Below, in pieces: positions 25,728 to 39,110 of a stretch of 64,000 bases of DNA (positions are counted from its first letter, which is position 1; each line of letters begins with the position of its first letter). Origin of the DNA: Azolla caroliniana (taxonomy: Eukaryota > Plantae > Polypodiophyta); assembly GCA_043228905.1 (NCBI GenBank), contig JBHGNT010000011.1:9548001-9612000 (forward strand), in the 5' to 3' direction. Under the pieces are notes generated by a model. That model had not been told where the DNA came from. It did not search any database and was given only the letters and a program-made list of their open reading frames with translations. A program made the position numbers and the translations under genes.

Positions 25728-26558
25728 TCAAGAGTCTGTATTAGCCTTCTCCTTCACTACCCCATTGAGGGTGTTCTGATATTTCACCCCTATATTCTCT
25801 TGCCTAGCAACCTGCCCTTTCTCCTTTCCCACCCTCCCATTACTATTGATCTTCTTAGGGCATTCCTTAGCAATGTGGCCCTTCTTTTTACAATAAAAAC
25901 ATTGGCCAAGTAAGCCCTCGTATTCCACCGCCACATCTATCAGTCTTGCTTCTACATCATGAACCCTGATTATAGGGGGGAGTTTGGACGAACTTTGCAC
26001 AAGCACTCTAATCTTACAACGATGGTAGAAAGATTCCCTGACTCTATCTACCATCGTTGCCTTTGAGGGACAGACGATGCCAATCTCATCCCCAATCTTT
26101 GGAATCAAGGGGTATAACTGGCGAGGCCGATTTGGGAATATCATAGAAATCACCCGAGGGTTACCACTTTTCTTGTCTTCCTCCATAGCCTTGAAGTTAG
26201 CATACCACTCCAACAAAAGAGCTCTTCCATATTTGAGCTCTACAAATTTCATATCCACAATTTGTGATACATCACCCCCCTCGATCACTTCAACATGGAA
26301 GAAATTTCAACCCAAATTGTGCACATTTAGTATTTGCGGAACCCAATCCATAAGAGCTACTTGTAGCATGTCACGAACCATACCTCTATTAGCTCTACCA
26401 CCAAGTATCTTACAAATGAACGAGCATTTCCTTAGCCTTTCAATCTCTGCATTCAAAATTTTACTTTCCTCTTCTGACAAAAAAATCTCTAGTAACTCAG
26501 AGCTCTCCTTCATATCCATATCCTTATCGTGACCTCCTCTCGGGCATGCATTATGCAC
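25728..26558 (-). pseudogene. LINE ORF1 (RRM/DUF4283-like + zinc knuckle)
   Basis: VEYEGLLGQCFYCKKKGHIAKECP upstream of ORF2. Confidence 0.75.
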
Positions 26559-28001
26559 GTGACCACATTCCTACAGAAGATTTTCTACTTGCAACATGTC
26601 CTTCATGGCGTCCAATTCCACGACCCCATCCAACCCCTGTGACGATCCGCCTGCCTGCCCCCGTGGCCGCTCGTCACTCATCACTTGCCATATTGCATGG
26701 CTAGAATTATTCCCCCCAATTGTTTGCTTACCAACCTCTTTATTCCAAACCTCCGACACTCCCCACACTCTCAAATCCTCTTAGCATTCAACGGTGAAGC
26801 CCGTTGCCGCCTTGCTGCTGAGAGGAACCCTATCGTCCTCTTCCATCCAACCCACCATGTCTGATAGAATGAGTGATTCCTTACCTATCTCCCTATCTCC
26901 GCAAATAATGTGTTGCCTTGTTTCTTTCACCATCGCATCTACTTTCCTACGCCCCCCATTTTCCATCTGATGCTTATCCCTATCCTTGTTCCCACCTTGC
27001 AATGTGTACCTCGATTCCACCGCCCTCACAACGGGTACCCTTGCCGTTGTTCCCTTAATTGCAGCCACTGATGCATTAACTCCCACTGTTGGATCCTTTG
27101 CCCACATTTTGCCCACATGTTTCTGCATTCCTATGTACCCTACTCCTACCCTACACCTTAATGGACGAGACATACATGGCGCTTAAGAAGGAGAGTAGCT
27201 TTGTCTCAATCGTTTGCTTTCGAGGCAGTCTCTGCAACCCTAAACCACGTCCCGCCATCGCTGTCCTCTCCCTCCGGCTTTAACCATGACAGCACCACAG
27301 AGTAGAAAAGCCATTGATGAGTGGCCGAAACTCCCTCTAGCGACAGTTGCTACAGGTCACGTAGAATCCTCTATGGCGAGCACCACCGGCGACAGTCGTT
27401 GTAGGTCCCGCTACACCCCTGCACCCATTTGTTAGATCTCTATATTATTTTGTTAGTTATATAAGTTGTTTTGAAACATATATAATATATATTAAAGTAA
27501 CTTAATGTTTATGCTTTTTATTTTAACAGGAAAAGGAGAAAATAGTAGAAACAAAATATAAACCTATGGTATTCCAAATATATTTTCTGAGTTCTTTAAG
27601 ATATTATTTACTTCCATGTATATTAAGATTTTGTGCCTTTGTTGTTACATGTTTTAATATAGGTCCATCATTGAAGATGGAAACGACATGAAATTTACAG
27701 CCTAAAATGAACTTCTTAGGGTTTTCTTTTTAGATAGTTGATCTTTATGAGGGTAACCTTTATTGCAATAAGTTTTTTAAGTAGACATTGCAATAACAAA
27801 ATGATTTATTTTATTTCATTTTAATTTGGGTAAAAATATGTGAATAAATGATGTCTTACATTTCAAATGGAAATATAAAATAGGTTGCCATTTGTTTGAG
27901 AAAAAATAATGTTATGGCTTCATATGAGTCCATCCATGAAACCAAACATAATGTTAATTTGTTAGTAATTTCATTATTGATATGCATTTTGGATTGTTCC
28001 A

Positions 28002-28281
28002 TGTGTGCTCTTTGAGATATATATGTCAAGTTCAAGATTGTTTTATTGTAAATTACATTGTTTTTTATCACTCTACATTCTTCATATGTCTCAATAAACT
28101 TTTTTAAAAAAACTTATATGTGGCTTATATATGTTATACCTTGTGTGCTCTTTGACATATATATGTCAAGTTCAAGATTGTTTAATCGTAAATTACATTG
28201 TTTTTTTATCACTCTATATTCTTCATATGTCTCAATTAACTTTTAAAAAAAACTTATATGTGGCTTATATATGTTATACCT
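28002..28281. repeat. 140-bp tandem duplication
   Basis: TGTGTGCTCTTTGA... starts at 28002 and again at 28142. Confidence 0.85.
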
Positions 28282-28676
28282 CTAGTGTTTTTGGGTAATG
28301 TTATCTAATTGTGTGTGCATTACTTTGTACTTGACACATTGTGTTTTCAATCTATGTGGCACTTGATGAAGCATTTCTAGGAATTTGCATCTGATGTTTA
28401 ATGTTCATTCATAATTTTGCGAGTCATCAATTGTATAGACGGTCATTGATCCCTTCTAGGATTGGAAACTATGTGTGCATGTATATTTTATATGTAAGGA
28501 AGGGTATTTAAAATGGGTGGTTATCAAAAAATATATTGGTAGTAAGGGGTATTTTTATTAATCTTTTTTCTACAAAAGGGTCACTAAATAGTAAAAAAAC
28601 AGACGTATAAGGGGTTTATAAATGATGTCATGAATGCACATGATACAACCTTCTTATATATAGTGGAGTCCCCGGG

Positions 28677-29110
28677 GTTGAGAGTCAAACTCAACTTCCC
28701 TAGTGTGGGAACACACCTTAGTATACTCAAGTGTGTGAACACCCCACCTCCTAGTATAATAACTAGTGTGGCATAGAACTTTAGGGTTCTATGACACATA
28801 TTTAGTAGATAGTTAAGTCTCCACCTCTCTTGCAAGTTGTGGTTGTAATAAGAGAACATAGAGAGAAGGTGACTACATAAGCACCTTCTCCTTCTCTTTG
28901 TAACTGTTGGTTGTCTTATTCTCTTGTCAATACAATTTTTTGTTTTTCTATATGACTCTGTTTTCGCTCTTTCTCTCTCTCTCTCGACTACACACACACA
29001 CACACACACATACACACACCTTCCGTTGCTCAGAAGCACACTCGATTCTTTACAAAGGTAAACACATACCCAAAATTGAATTTTGTAGAGCGAATGACTA
29101 ATATACTCTG
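28677..29110 (+). repeat. Copia-type LTR fragment
   Basis: Start GTTGAGAGTCAAACTCAACTTCCC matches the LTR at 48952; (CT)n(CA)n tract. Confidence 0.5.
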
Positions 29111-31474
29111 TGTTGGGACCATCCGTCAAGTGCGGAACTGTTCGGGAAAACGGGTCCCTATGGATGGGAAGAACACAAGTCGGATGGGATGGAGAACCAG
29201 CCAGATTGGCCAGAAACCGATCAATTGAAGAGCCAGATGATAACCGTCTTGTCCCAATCGGAATTTAGATATTGCACAAGGAGTCGGATCGTCAAGAGCC
29301 AACTAAGCACTGACTAGGGAGAAATAAGCCGAATTAGTCAATAGCAAACTCAGTGGAGGCTGAAAATCGACTGATAACCGACTCGGCTAATAGCCGAATC
29401 GATCCAAGCCGACCCAGGGCTATATTTGTAAATAACCTTAATGTGCCCATTGGGGCTATATTTGTAAATAGTAATATATATAGAGTTGATTATCAGTGGG
29501 TAATCATATATGTATGTATAGAGTTGATTAACTGTGGAGAGGGTGTGAATGTTGTAGCCGTCTGTAAGTCGAAGTCGAACCCAAGGTTATTGCCTTAGAA
29601 TTTCGTGTACTCTCTTCAAATAGTGATTATTGCCTTAGAGTTTCTTGTACTCTCTTCAAATAATGATTATTTTTGGAGTTTGTGTGCTCCCGTGGTTTTT
29701 CCCATTAGGGTTTTCCACGATAATATCTTGTCTCATTGTCTGTGCCTTGTCTGTGTTTTCCTTGTCATTGCTTTGGTTATTGTCTTCTCTCATTTGTACT
29801 TGTGAACCGGTTGTGACCGACCTCATTTAGAACAAACTGGTATCAGAGCGATGGAGGAATCTTTGGTGGGATGTTCAAGCTAACCGGATCCAACTACTTA
29901 GTCTGGAAGTTGAAGATGAGAGATATGCTCATTTGCAAAGTTGAAGTTGTCGGTGCAGTATGGCGATGAGAAACTAGACAAGATCATGCATTGACGTGGG
30001 AAGTCATGCATTTGAAGACAACGACTTACATAAGGTGTTTTATAGACATGAGTCTATACAACAATTTCAATGAAGAGACAAAAGCTGATGTCCTATGGAA
30101 GAGGATCATGTTCATGATCGAAAACAAGAATGTCGTAAATAGAATCTCCATCTTTAGGAAGATCATGAGACTTAGATAGCAGTATGGCTAAAGCATGGTT
30201 GAGCACTTGAATGCATTCTAAGGACTGATAAATTAGACCACCTCTCTAGAAGTACCCTTGGCCGACAAGGTACTGGCATTTTTGTGTTGGGAAACAAGTC
30301 CCTCCGGATGGGAAGGGAGAAGAACAGTGCCGACAAACAAACTCGGCCGAGGCCGACAGGCCGAGGCCGAAACGGTATGAACCGGATGGGGAGAACCCGA
30401 CTTCGGAGAGTCGGATGGTGTAGGCCCGGTATGAACCAGATGAGGAGTACCCGACTGCGGAGAGTCGGATGGTGTAGGCCCGGTATGAACCGGATGAGGA
30501 GTACCCGACTGCGGAGAGTCGGATGGTGTAGGCCCGGTATGAACCGGATGAGGAGTACCCGACTGCGGAGAGCCGGATGGAGCCCATCGAGGCTACATTT
30601 GTAAATAGCCGAAAAGTCATATTAGTATAAATATGACTTAGGGCAAACTTTTAGTATGTGTTGTCATTCTTGTTGTTATTCTTCTGTTGTTGGTGCAAGA
30701 AGGAATCAGAGCGCGCAACTGTACAGAGAGACAGAGAGAGAGAGAGAGAGACGAGGTCGTTGCCTCTGTTGTAACCGCCGCCTGTGGCGAAGATCTGAGA
30801 ACACGAGGTCGTTGCCTCAGTGATCTCACTGTTGTATATTTCTGCATAGTGACAGTTTGCAGCTTGTGGGCTGCCGTGGTTTTTCCCTTATTTTGGGGTT
30901 TTCCACGTATACCTCCTGTGTACCATTTCTCCTCTTTTGTGTCGCGTTTCATTACCTGTTTTTCTGTGTATGAAAAGAATCTCGGTTGTGGCCGAGCGTC
31001 GGACATAAGGAACGTCAAGTTCTCAACATTTTGTTGCTAGGATCCCTTCCAGATGCTTGTGGTAACTTTGGGTAACACGGGACCGCAAGGGAAGTAGTTG
31101 TCCCTATAGATGGTGAAATCGAGCTTGTTGAATGAAGAAGCTCATCGGAAGGATAGAGAGTCCATTTTTTACCCTATGGCCCGAGGCACAAAAGGTAACT
31201 ACAATAAAGGAAGGGGCAAGCAGAGAAGTCCGCAGAATAGGGAAAGGTTCAGGTTGAGGTCGAAGTCGAAGGGAAGGCTCACGTACTTCTAATGTGGGAA
31301 GTCAAGTCACTTCTAGAAGAACTATTGGCATTACCCGAAGGACAAAGGGGGAGTTGATGGAGGTGAGCCGAAAAAGATTTCAAATAGTAAGACCACCTCA
31401 GCTATCGTTGCGAGTGAGGAGGAACTATTGTTCATTAGTGAACAAAATGATGTAAACCTCGCCGACGAAGAGTC
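29111..31474 (+). mobile_element. Copia element 5' part (LTR 29111-29834, PBS 29838-29849, decayed gag), same family as 10434-12869
   Basis: TGTTG...AACA LTR, TGGTATCAGAGC, WEVMHLKTTTYIRCFID, LLNEEAHRKD. Confidence 0.88.
30285..31028 (+). mobile_element. solo LTR with TSD TTTTG and 54-bp tandem repeats
   Basis: TGTTG...CAACA; TTTTG at 30280-30284 and 31029-31033; the host gag resumes after it. Confidence 0.9.
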
Positions 31475-31795
31475 TATTGGGTTTAGGACCATAGATAGAC
31501 AGAAAAATGCCGAACGAAAACAAGATACACAGTACAACCTCTTACGTGGAAACCCTAAACAAGGGAAAACCACGGGGCAACAAATTTTCACTCTGAAAAC
31601 AAGATTACAGAGAAATCCCTTCTTAGGGGTTTGGTAAGTTTCACAGACTATGGCTACACTCACTGTCTCTCTGGTCTCCTTCCTTCTGTCTATAGCACTA
31701 CAATATTGCATTATTCTTTTTCACCTCTTACTTGTGTATATCTTGAGTTACTCAATAATACTAATGCTACAACTACACCTGACTTAACCCTAGCT

Positions 31796-31842
<47 letters not shown>

Positions 31843-32057
31843 ATTATTATAAAATAATAATAAAAATAAATCGGTCGACTTGTCGACTTGACAGTCCGAC
31901 CCACAAGTCGATTTGACTAGCCAAATCATTCTGTCGACTATTCAGTCGGTCCAACTAGTCGGCGTTGTCTTTGACCACCCGGTTGGTCCGACTAGTTGAC
32001 TCGTCTTCGTACACATAGTCGGTCCGACTAGCTTGCCTCTTCTTCATTTACATAGTC

Positions 32058-32522
32058 TATTAGAGATTAGGTACTAAAGTAAGCATAAAATAAGGATATA
32101 TCAATGATAGATCTAGAAAGAATAGAGAGAAAAGAGAGAAAGAAGGGTGCCGATCCACCCGACCACCCCCGAGCGAAGGGATCGAGACGGACTCGAGCCT
32201 CGATCGGCGTCCCATACCACCGCCTTGGCGTCGAGTCGTACCTGGACGATAGCGCGCTTGCTACAATAGTCGTTCCACTCACGGACAGAGTCTCGACGTA
32301 GTCAATGCATGCCCAAATGAGGGTAGCTAGGCCTCTTATTTATAGTAATTCTCAAGGCCCCCAGCCATGTTCACACTTGGCCTCATGGGTTGTCTCAATC
32401 CCGAGGATTAAAAGTAATCCTCCCCTTCTTTAGACTCTTTGTTTAACCCTCACACTTATCCACGTGTATAGAATACTACGACAATTCTCACCACGGGATA
32501 TTATATGGTCATGCCCGTAACA
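32058..32522 (-). repeat. 3' LTR of chromovirus
   Basis: Matches 38646-39110. Confidence 0.95.
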
Positions 32523-35500
32523 TACTCCCCCTCTTTAAAACATTGCACTCTTGCAATGGAAAGTTAGGGAAGTTAGTTCTTAGAGTCGTTTCGCGTTCCC
32601 ATGTGGCATCTTTGATTGATTTATCCATCCATTTTATTTTAAATTCTCGGATTTCCTTAGCATGTAATTTTTTTGTTTTAACATCGAAAATTCTTTCTGG
32701 TACATGTGGTTTAGAAGATAAATCTTCAGAAGTAACCAGAGTTTCAGTTGTAACTGTATTGTCGCCAGAACCTAGAAGTTCTTTTAGACGACTTACATGA
32801 AAGACTGGATGGATTCCAACACCATCGGGAAGAGCGAGACGATAGGCTGATGATCCAATGCGTTTGAGGACTGTAAAAGGTCCACAAAACCGTGGGGCTA
32901 ACTTAGCGCACTTACCCGTAGACAATGTCTTAGAATTGTGAGGTACACGTAAAAATACCTTCTGTCCAGGGCTGAATACACGAGGTTGCCTGTGATGATC
33001 GGCATAAAAACGCGCTCTATCTTGAGCTGTTTTTATATTATCCCGTGCAATATGCAACATATCTTGCATATCCCGAAGAAAGTTTTGCGTACTTCGCAAC
33101 TCATCATGATGTATATTAACATCAATCGGGGCTCGTGGCTGAAATCCATACATCAACATAAAAGGACTATATCCCGTCGACGTATGCTTGGAGTTGTTAT
33201 AAGCAAACTCCAAAATTGGGAGGTAACGTTCCCATTTTGTTGGTTTTGCACCAACGTATGCTCGAAGCATGTCCTCAATAATTTGATTTACTCGTTCTGT
33301 CTGTCCATCGGATTGAGGATGATCCGTGGAGCTCATGCTCAACGTAGTTTCTAACTTCTTAAAGACTTGCGTCCAGAAGTCACTAGTAAACTTCGGATCT
33401 CGGTCACTCACGATATCCATCGGTAACCCGTAAAAACGAAATAACTCATCAACGAATTGGTAAGCCAATTCAGGAGCTGTTACCGTGGTTTTAGTAGCAA
33501 TAAATCTGGCCATTTTAGTTAGTCTGTCAACCACAACCCATATGGCATCATGACCTTTTTGGGTGCGAGGAAGGCTAACAATAAAATCCATGGATATACT
33601 TTCCCACTTATTATTGGGAATGTCCAAGGGATGTAAAAGTCATGCGGCTTTAAGTCGCTCGGCTTTGTTAACCTGACATTGGTGACATTTAGTCACATAG
33701 CTATGTATGTCAGGACGCATCTTAGGCCAATAAAATTGAGTGGAGATGAGAACGAGTGTACGATGTATTCCAGGGTGCCCTGCTGAGGGTGCATCATGGC
33801 ATTCAAAAAGAATTCTCTTTTTGACCTCAGGTAAATCTGGAACACAAACCTTCCCATTACGGTAGAGCAGACCGTTAGCAATGTGGAAGTATTCCTTCGA
33901 GGGTGTGGTGGTGTCTGTTCCAGACTCGACTCTTGCCCAGTATTTTGCAAAATAATTGTCATCAGGATACTTTCCTCGAAGGTGATCATAAAGATCTGAT
34001 GTTATTTCAGTGAAGCTAAGCATGTTAACTTCACGGATGCGACTTAGTGCATCAGCGACAGTATTCATGGAACCTTTACGATATCGTATGGAAAAATCAA
34101 AGTCCTGGATGAGATCAGCCCATCGTGCCTTACGACCTTTCAGGTCTTGTTGGTCACAAAAATATTTCAAGGACTCGTGGTCCGTAGTTACCACAAAGCG
34201 ATTTCCATAAAGATAATGGCGCCATGTTTTGAGCGCATGTATAACCGCAAATAATTCCTTTTCTTGAACGGTATACCGACATTGAGCAGAATCAAGTTTC
34301 TTACTCTCGAATGCTATTGGTTTACCATCTTGATACAAGACAGCACCTATAGCATAATCGCTTGCGTCGGTTTCAACCTCAAAAGGTTTTGAAGGATCGG
34401 GTAAAAGAAGTGAAGGAGCCTTGCATACCAAGTCCTTGAGTTCCTTAAAGGCGAGGTCTAGTGTAGCATTCCACACAATAGGTTTTGTAGACTTACGCGT
34501 TTGACCTTTTAGAAGATCAGTAAACGGCGTCGTCAATTGTGAGTAATTACGAAGAGATTTTCGCAAAAATCCGACAAAACCAAGGAATGATCGAACTTCT
34601 CGAATATTCCGAAGAGTGGGCCAAAGCTTGATTTTCTCGATGCGAGAAGGATCAATTTCAACTCCTCGTTCGGTTATGAGATGTCCAAGATAAGTAATTG
34701 ATTTCTTGAAGAACTCACATTTTGAGATCTTCGCGTAAAATTGTTTGTCACGCAATATTTGTAAAACAAAGCGGACATGTCTAGCATGTTCTTGTAATGT
34801 ACGGCTATAAACTAAAATATCATCTAAGAAGATAACGACAAATTTTCCAAGTTGTTCTCGGAAAATGTCATTCATTTCTTGTTGAAATGTAGCCGGAGCA
34901 TTGGTCAAACCAAAAGGCATAACCAAAAACTCATAATGGCCGTAGCGCGTACGAAATGTTGTTTTAGGAACATCGTCCTCACTTATTCGTATTTGATGGT
35001 AGCCAGTACGGAGATCAAGTTTCGTAAAATACCGAGCTCCCTGGAGACGGTCAATTAGATCATCAGCCCGGGGCAATGGGTACGAATTCTTGATCGTCAC
35101 TTTATTCAAGCGTCGGTAATTAATACACATACGCCATGTGCCCTCTTTCTTTTTAACCAAGAGAACTGGTGCACCCCATGGAGATTTACTATAACGTATA
35201 TAACCCATTCGTAAATAGTCCTTAAGTTGCTTAGCTACCTCATCCTCTTCAGATCGACTTAGGCGATACGGAGGTATACTAATGGGTGCAATGCCAGGTA
35301 CAATATCTATACGATGGTCTATATTACGTTTAGGAGGTAAACCATCGGGTAGTTCACTCGGAAAAACATCACGAAAATCGTTTACGATTTCATCAAGTTG
35401 TTTTTGTTCAAAATATGTTAATTGACCCGAGACATTATCGATATTGTAAACGTGAATGTCCGGATCAAGTACACAATAAAATAACGTAGAACAAGACAAC

Positions 35501-37032
35501 TCGGATATTGATGGACACGAGGAAACAATCGAGAGGGATTGTTTTGTTACACATTGAATAAAATGCGTACAATCGTTGAGTACAAAAGAAATGGAATGGC
35601 GAACCCAATCAATAAATAAAGAAGAGCTTTTATTATAAAACCAGGGATAACCCAGTATTACATCGGTGGTACTAAGATTCATTATATGGAAGTCTACTTC
35701 CTCTATATAGGTATCAATAGAAATTCCTAAAGAATGAATCGCCCCGTTGATGTGTTGTACTCTTCCATCAGCCAAGTGCACCGTGTAGGTGTGATCACTT
35801 ACGGTGGGTTGGATTCCCCATATCTGTACCAAACGATCATTCACAAAATTGTGTGAGCTTCCCGAATCAAATAAAAATTGTACGGGAGATCCATTGATAT
35901 ACCCGTTTGCACGTAGTAAATCATTGGGACCCAATACATAATGAGGGAAAGAACATTGACAATTACTCAAATGATGTGTATAGACCTGAAGGACATTAGG
36001 AATCTGACCTTTATGGTCTGTAGCTTTAGGTTTGGCGTCGTGCTCTTTTCGTTGGAGCTTACGACATTGCTCTTTTGTATGACCCTTCTTTTTGCAGAAT
36101 ACGCAAAAAGGATGTTGTCGCTTATAATCGCGATCCATGAATTCGTTGGGTGTCTTGCGTTTCCCAACGAATTGCAACTGCTTAGTCCCGGGCGCTTCGT
36201 TGGGTTTGTTATGGTCCTTCTTCGAAGTGCGTTGATAGCGAAGAACTATCTCAACGGCCTCTTCGAAGGATTTTGGATCCTTATCGTGCACTATCCAGTG
36301 ATAGTCCGAATTGGGGATGCCATTGTCAAAACAAGCTATTAACCAATTGTCCCCTTCTAGACCCGATTTTTGGATTTGGGTTCTAGCATGGTGGACATAG
36401 GCTTCTAGCGAGGAAAACTTCCTGCTAGAGAGGTTCATTAAAGCTTGTGCTGCCTCAGTTCGAGAGGGAGGTTGTAGAAATTGACCCTTGAAAACTGTGA
36501 CAAAGTCTGTCCAGGTCTCGGGCAATCTCCCCAAAGTTCGGAGCCCACGCCACCAAGCGGCGGCCTTACCCCCTAGTTCTCGGCCGACATATGCAATTTT
36601 CGTACTATCTGGCGTGGGATAGAGCTCAAAATGAGACTCCCATCGGCCCAGCCACGTGCAGATTGCTTCTTCGGTTCTTTCCTTTTTATCTCCCGTAAAT
36701 GGTTTTACGACAAATGATGGTTCACCCTGACGCTCATCAGGTCTATTAATCTCATTTTGGAGACTAATGACTCGTGCCTCGAGAGCACTTTGAGATTGCC
36801 GAAATTCGGTCAACTGCTGCGCGGTTGAACTAAGGAAATGTTGTACTTGTAAAATATACGCCTCAATGGACATTGTCCCAGGAGGATTTCCTTGAGGTCT
36901 TTCCGCTTGAGCGGAGGGCATCGGGTCGTTATTCTGAGCCATTGAATGATTATTTCTGGCAAAGAAATAAGATAAGGTCAGACAAATAGTCATAACATCT
37001 TGTCGTGGTGTAAACATATCATGGGCAAACAT
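32509..37032 (-). pseudogene. gag-pol: single-frame gag-pol polyprotein (gag, CCHC, PR, RT, RH, INT, chromodomain) with one nonsense codon at 33640-33642
   Basis: [60 protein letters not shown]...ATWE; the 1130-aa and 372-aa ORFs are in the same frame. Confidence 0.95.
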
Positions 37033-38134
37033 TAATCGATATCATGATCTCACGTCAATACCCCTCTAGACGTATGAGATGAGGTTCAAGATCAGGTTAC
37101 TATGGTAACACAGAGGTGTTTTAAAAACCATGGGGGTGACAAATGAATGCCTTTCCCTGATCTCTATATCGATTTTTTTCATGGCGGCTCCCCGAGGCTC
37201 AACCATGTATGTTCGCGTCATGAATAGTTTATACACGAAAAAAATGTTAACAATAACTATGTTTCTGTGCCCACATATGTGGTTTCGGCTCTTTAAGTCC
37301 TATTACGAGGACCCCGAAGTGCACTTAGACCTAAAGTCTAAACATGTATTATAGTCATATGTATCAACGATGTTGTATGGTGTTGGTCATATTTGAACTC
37401 GAGACCTCGAGGACAAATACATTAAACACTTGAGCCAACCAAGTAGATTGCGCGTCTTGAATGTTTAATGTTTGAGGCGTATTCGAGATATGCGAGGCAT
37501 TTGCCCCTATATGTTTTTTTTTTTAAAAAGAAACATATAGGTCAAGTGGCCTTATTTCTCCCTCATTTATTACCCACTATGGTTGTACGCTACCTACCCT
37601 CAAGCCTCGTAAGTACAATGGCATATGCCAAAGTGTAACCTAATGGTCAAGCCGAATGAGCCCTTGTGTCTTCGTAGGCTCATGTGGCCCATCACATGGT
37701 CACGTCATTACGAATGGCGCTCGTAAGAACGAGCTCATGGTGGCATCGTATCCATGTAACGAGGGGAGATGTTGGATACGTGTGTCATTAGAGCGACCCT
37801 ACTTGATGTGGATCAAGCCCGACGTATTCAACATCATTTTGGCTATACGAGGTTCGTTACGTAACGAAAGATCAAAGTGACCAACGGGAATTTCAACAAT
37901 AAAAATTGTTGATAAAAGGGATGGTGACAACGCCATTCTCACAAAAATGTGAGGACGGCCACCAAAATCCTCTCCCCAATTAGGAAAACATTTGATATGA
38001 ATCACGTAATCTAAAATATACACATATGTCAATATATCACATATATACGATCAGAGACGTATATAAGTGACCACATATGCGTATACTAAATGAATCGTTT
38101 TTTTTATATAGCCAACAATGATGTATTCGGGATA

Positions 38135-38390
38135 CGTAATTGAGGCATATACCTCTACGCACACGAAACATCCGAAAATAAGGTTAAGCGTAATTCGCAA
38201 TTGAGGTATTGACCTCTTACGCATAGTAAATCCAACGCATATCATTTCGAACGAATCGAGGTATTGACCTCGTACGCGAACGTAACATATGTTCGTGAAC
38301 GTAATACGCAATTGAGGTAGTAACCTCGTACGCATACGACACTCATCACATATGATTTATATGTCAAACGAGGTATTGACCTCGTGGACA
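38135..38390. repeat. array of five GAGGT-N4-ACCTC hairpins at 55-61 bp spacing in chromovirus 5' leader
   Basis: Cores at 38142, 38203, 38258, 38314 and 38370. Confidence 0.85.
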
Positions 38391-38645
38391 TATGTAAACG
38401 TTTAAGATAACCAATTAAATACCACGTCAACATCATTGAATATATGGAAAAAAAAACTACATATTAAGTATACACATGTATAGAAGGGAGAAGAAAAATT
38501 AGATAAAAAATTAAGGAAAATTTACCGAAGTTCTTTCGCTAATCCTTGTCTGCATGAAGGCGACCGCACAACGATCAATCGCCATCCCACGCGAAGACAA
38601 AAAGAAAACCAAAAGAAACGTTAGTACATAGGCTCCGATACCAAA

Positions 38646-39110
38646 TATTAGAGATTAGGTACTAAAGTAAGCATAAAATAAGGATATATCAATGATAGAT
38701 CTAGAAAGAATAGAGAGAAAAGAGAGAAAGAAGGGTGCCGATCCACCCGACCACCCCCGAGCGAAGGGATCGAGACGGACTCGAGCCTCGATCGGCGTCC
38801 CATACCACCGCCTTGGCGTCGAGTCGTACCTGGACGATAGCGCGCTTGCTACAAGAGTCATTCCACTCACGGACAGAGTCTCGACGTAGTCAATGCATGC
38901 CCAAATGAGGGTAGCTAGGCCTCTTATTTATAGTAATTCTCAAGGCCCCCAGCCATGTTCACACTTGGCCTCATGGGTTGTCTCAATCCCGAGGATTAAA
39001 AGTAATCCTCCCCTTCTTTAGACTCTTTGTTTAACCCTCACACTTATCCACGTGTATAGAATACTACAACAATTCTCACCACGGGATATTATATGGTCAT
39101 GCCCGTAACA
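38646..39110 (-). repeat. 5' LTR of chromovirus
   Basis: TG...TA termini, adjacent PBS. Confidence 0.95.

Larger units (their letters stand above)
15256..27430 (-). mobile_element. L1/Tx1-like LINE, 3'-truncated, interrupted by Gypsy 15345-22465
   Basis: ORF1 with zinc knuckle and ORF2 with EN/RT motifs; frame PWGRTLGYK is restored across the Gypsy insertion. Boundaries are approximate. Confidence 0.85.
32058..39110 (-). mobile_element. near-intact chromovirus (Ty3/Gypsy with C-terminal chromodomain), TSD TAGTC
   Basis: 465-bp LTRs differing at 3 sites (by eye), PBS TGGTATCGGAGCC (38631-38643), PPT GAGGGGGAG, TAGTC on both flanks. Confidence 0.97.

Noticed and set aside
28584-29129. 181-aa ORF and similar ORFs containing ERERER/CVCVCV/YIYIYI runs
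   Set aside because: Translations of microsatellites within LTRs.
30373-30580. Hammerhead ribozyme/retrozyme in the 54-bp repeats
   Set aside because: The CUGANGA and GAAA core boxes are not present in the required arrangement.
30246-30620. Repeat-protein ORFs on both strands
   Set aside because: By-product of a 54-bp (multiple of 3) tandem repeat in a solo LTR.
38135-38390. True CRISPR array
   Set aside because: Eukaryotic retroelement context, no cas genes, degenerate repeats and mutually related spacers. Kept as a hairpin array.
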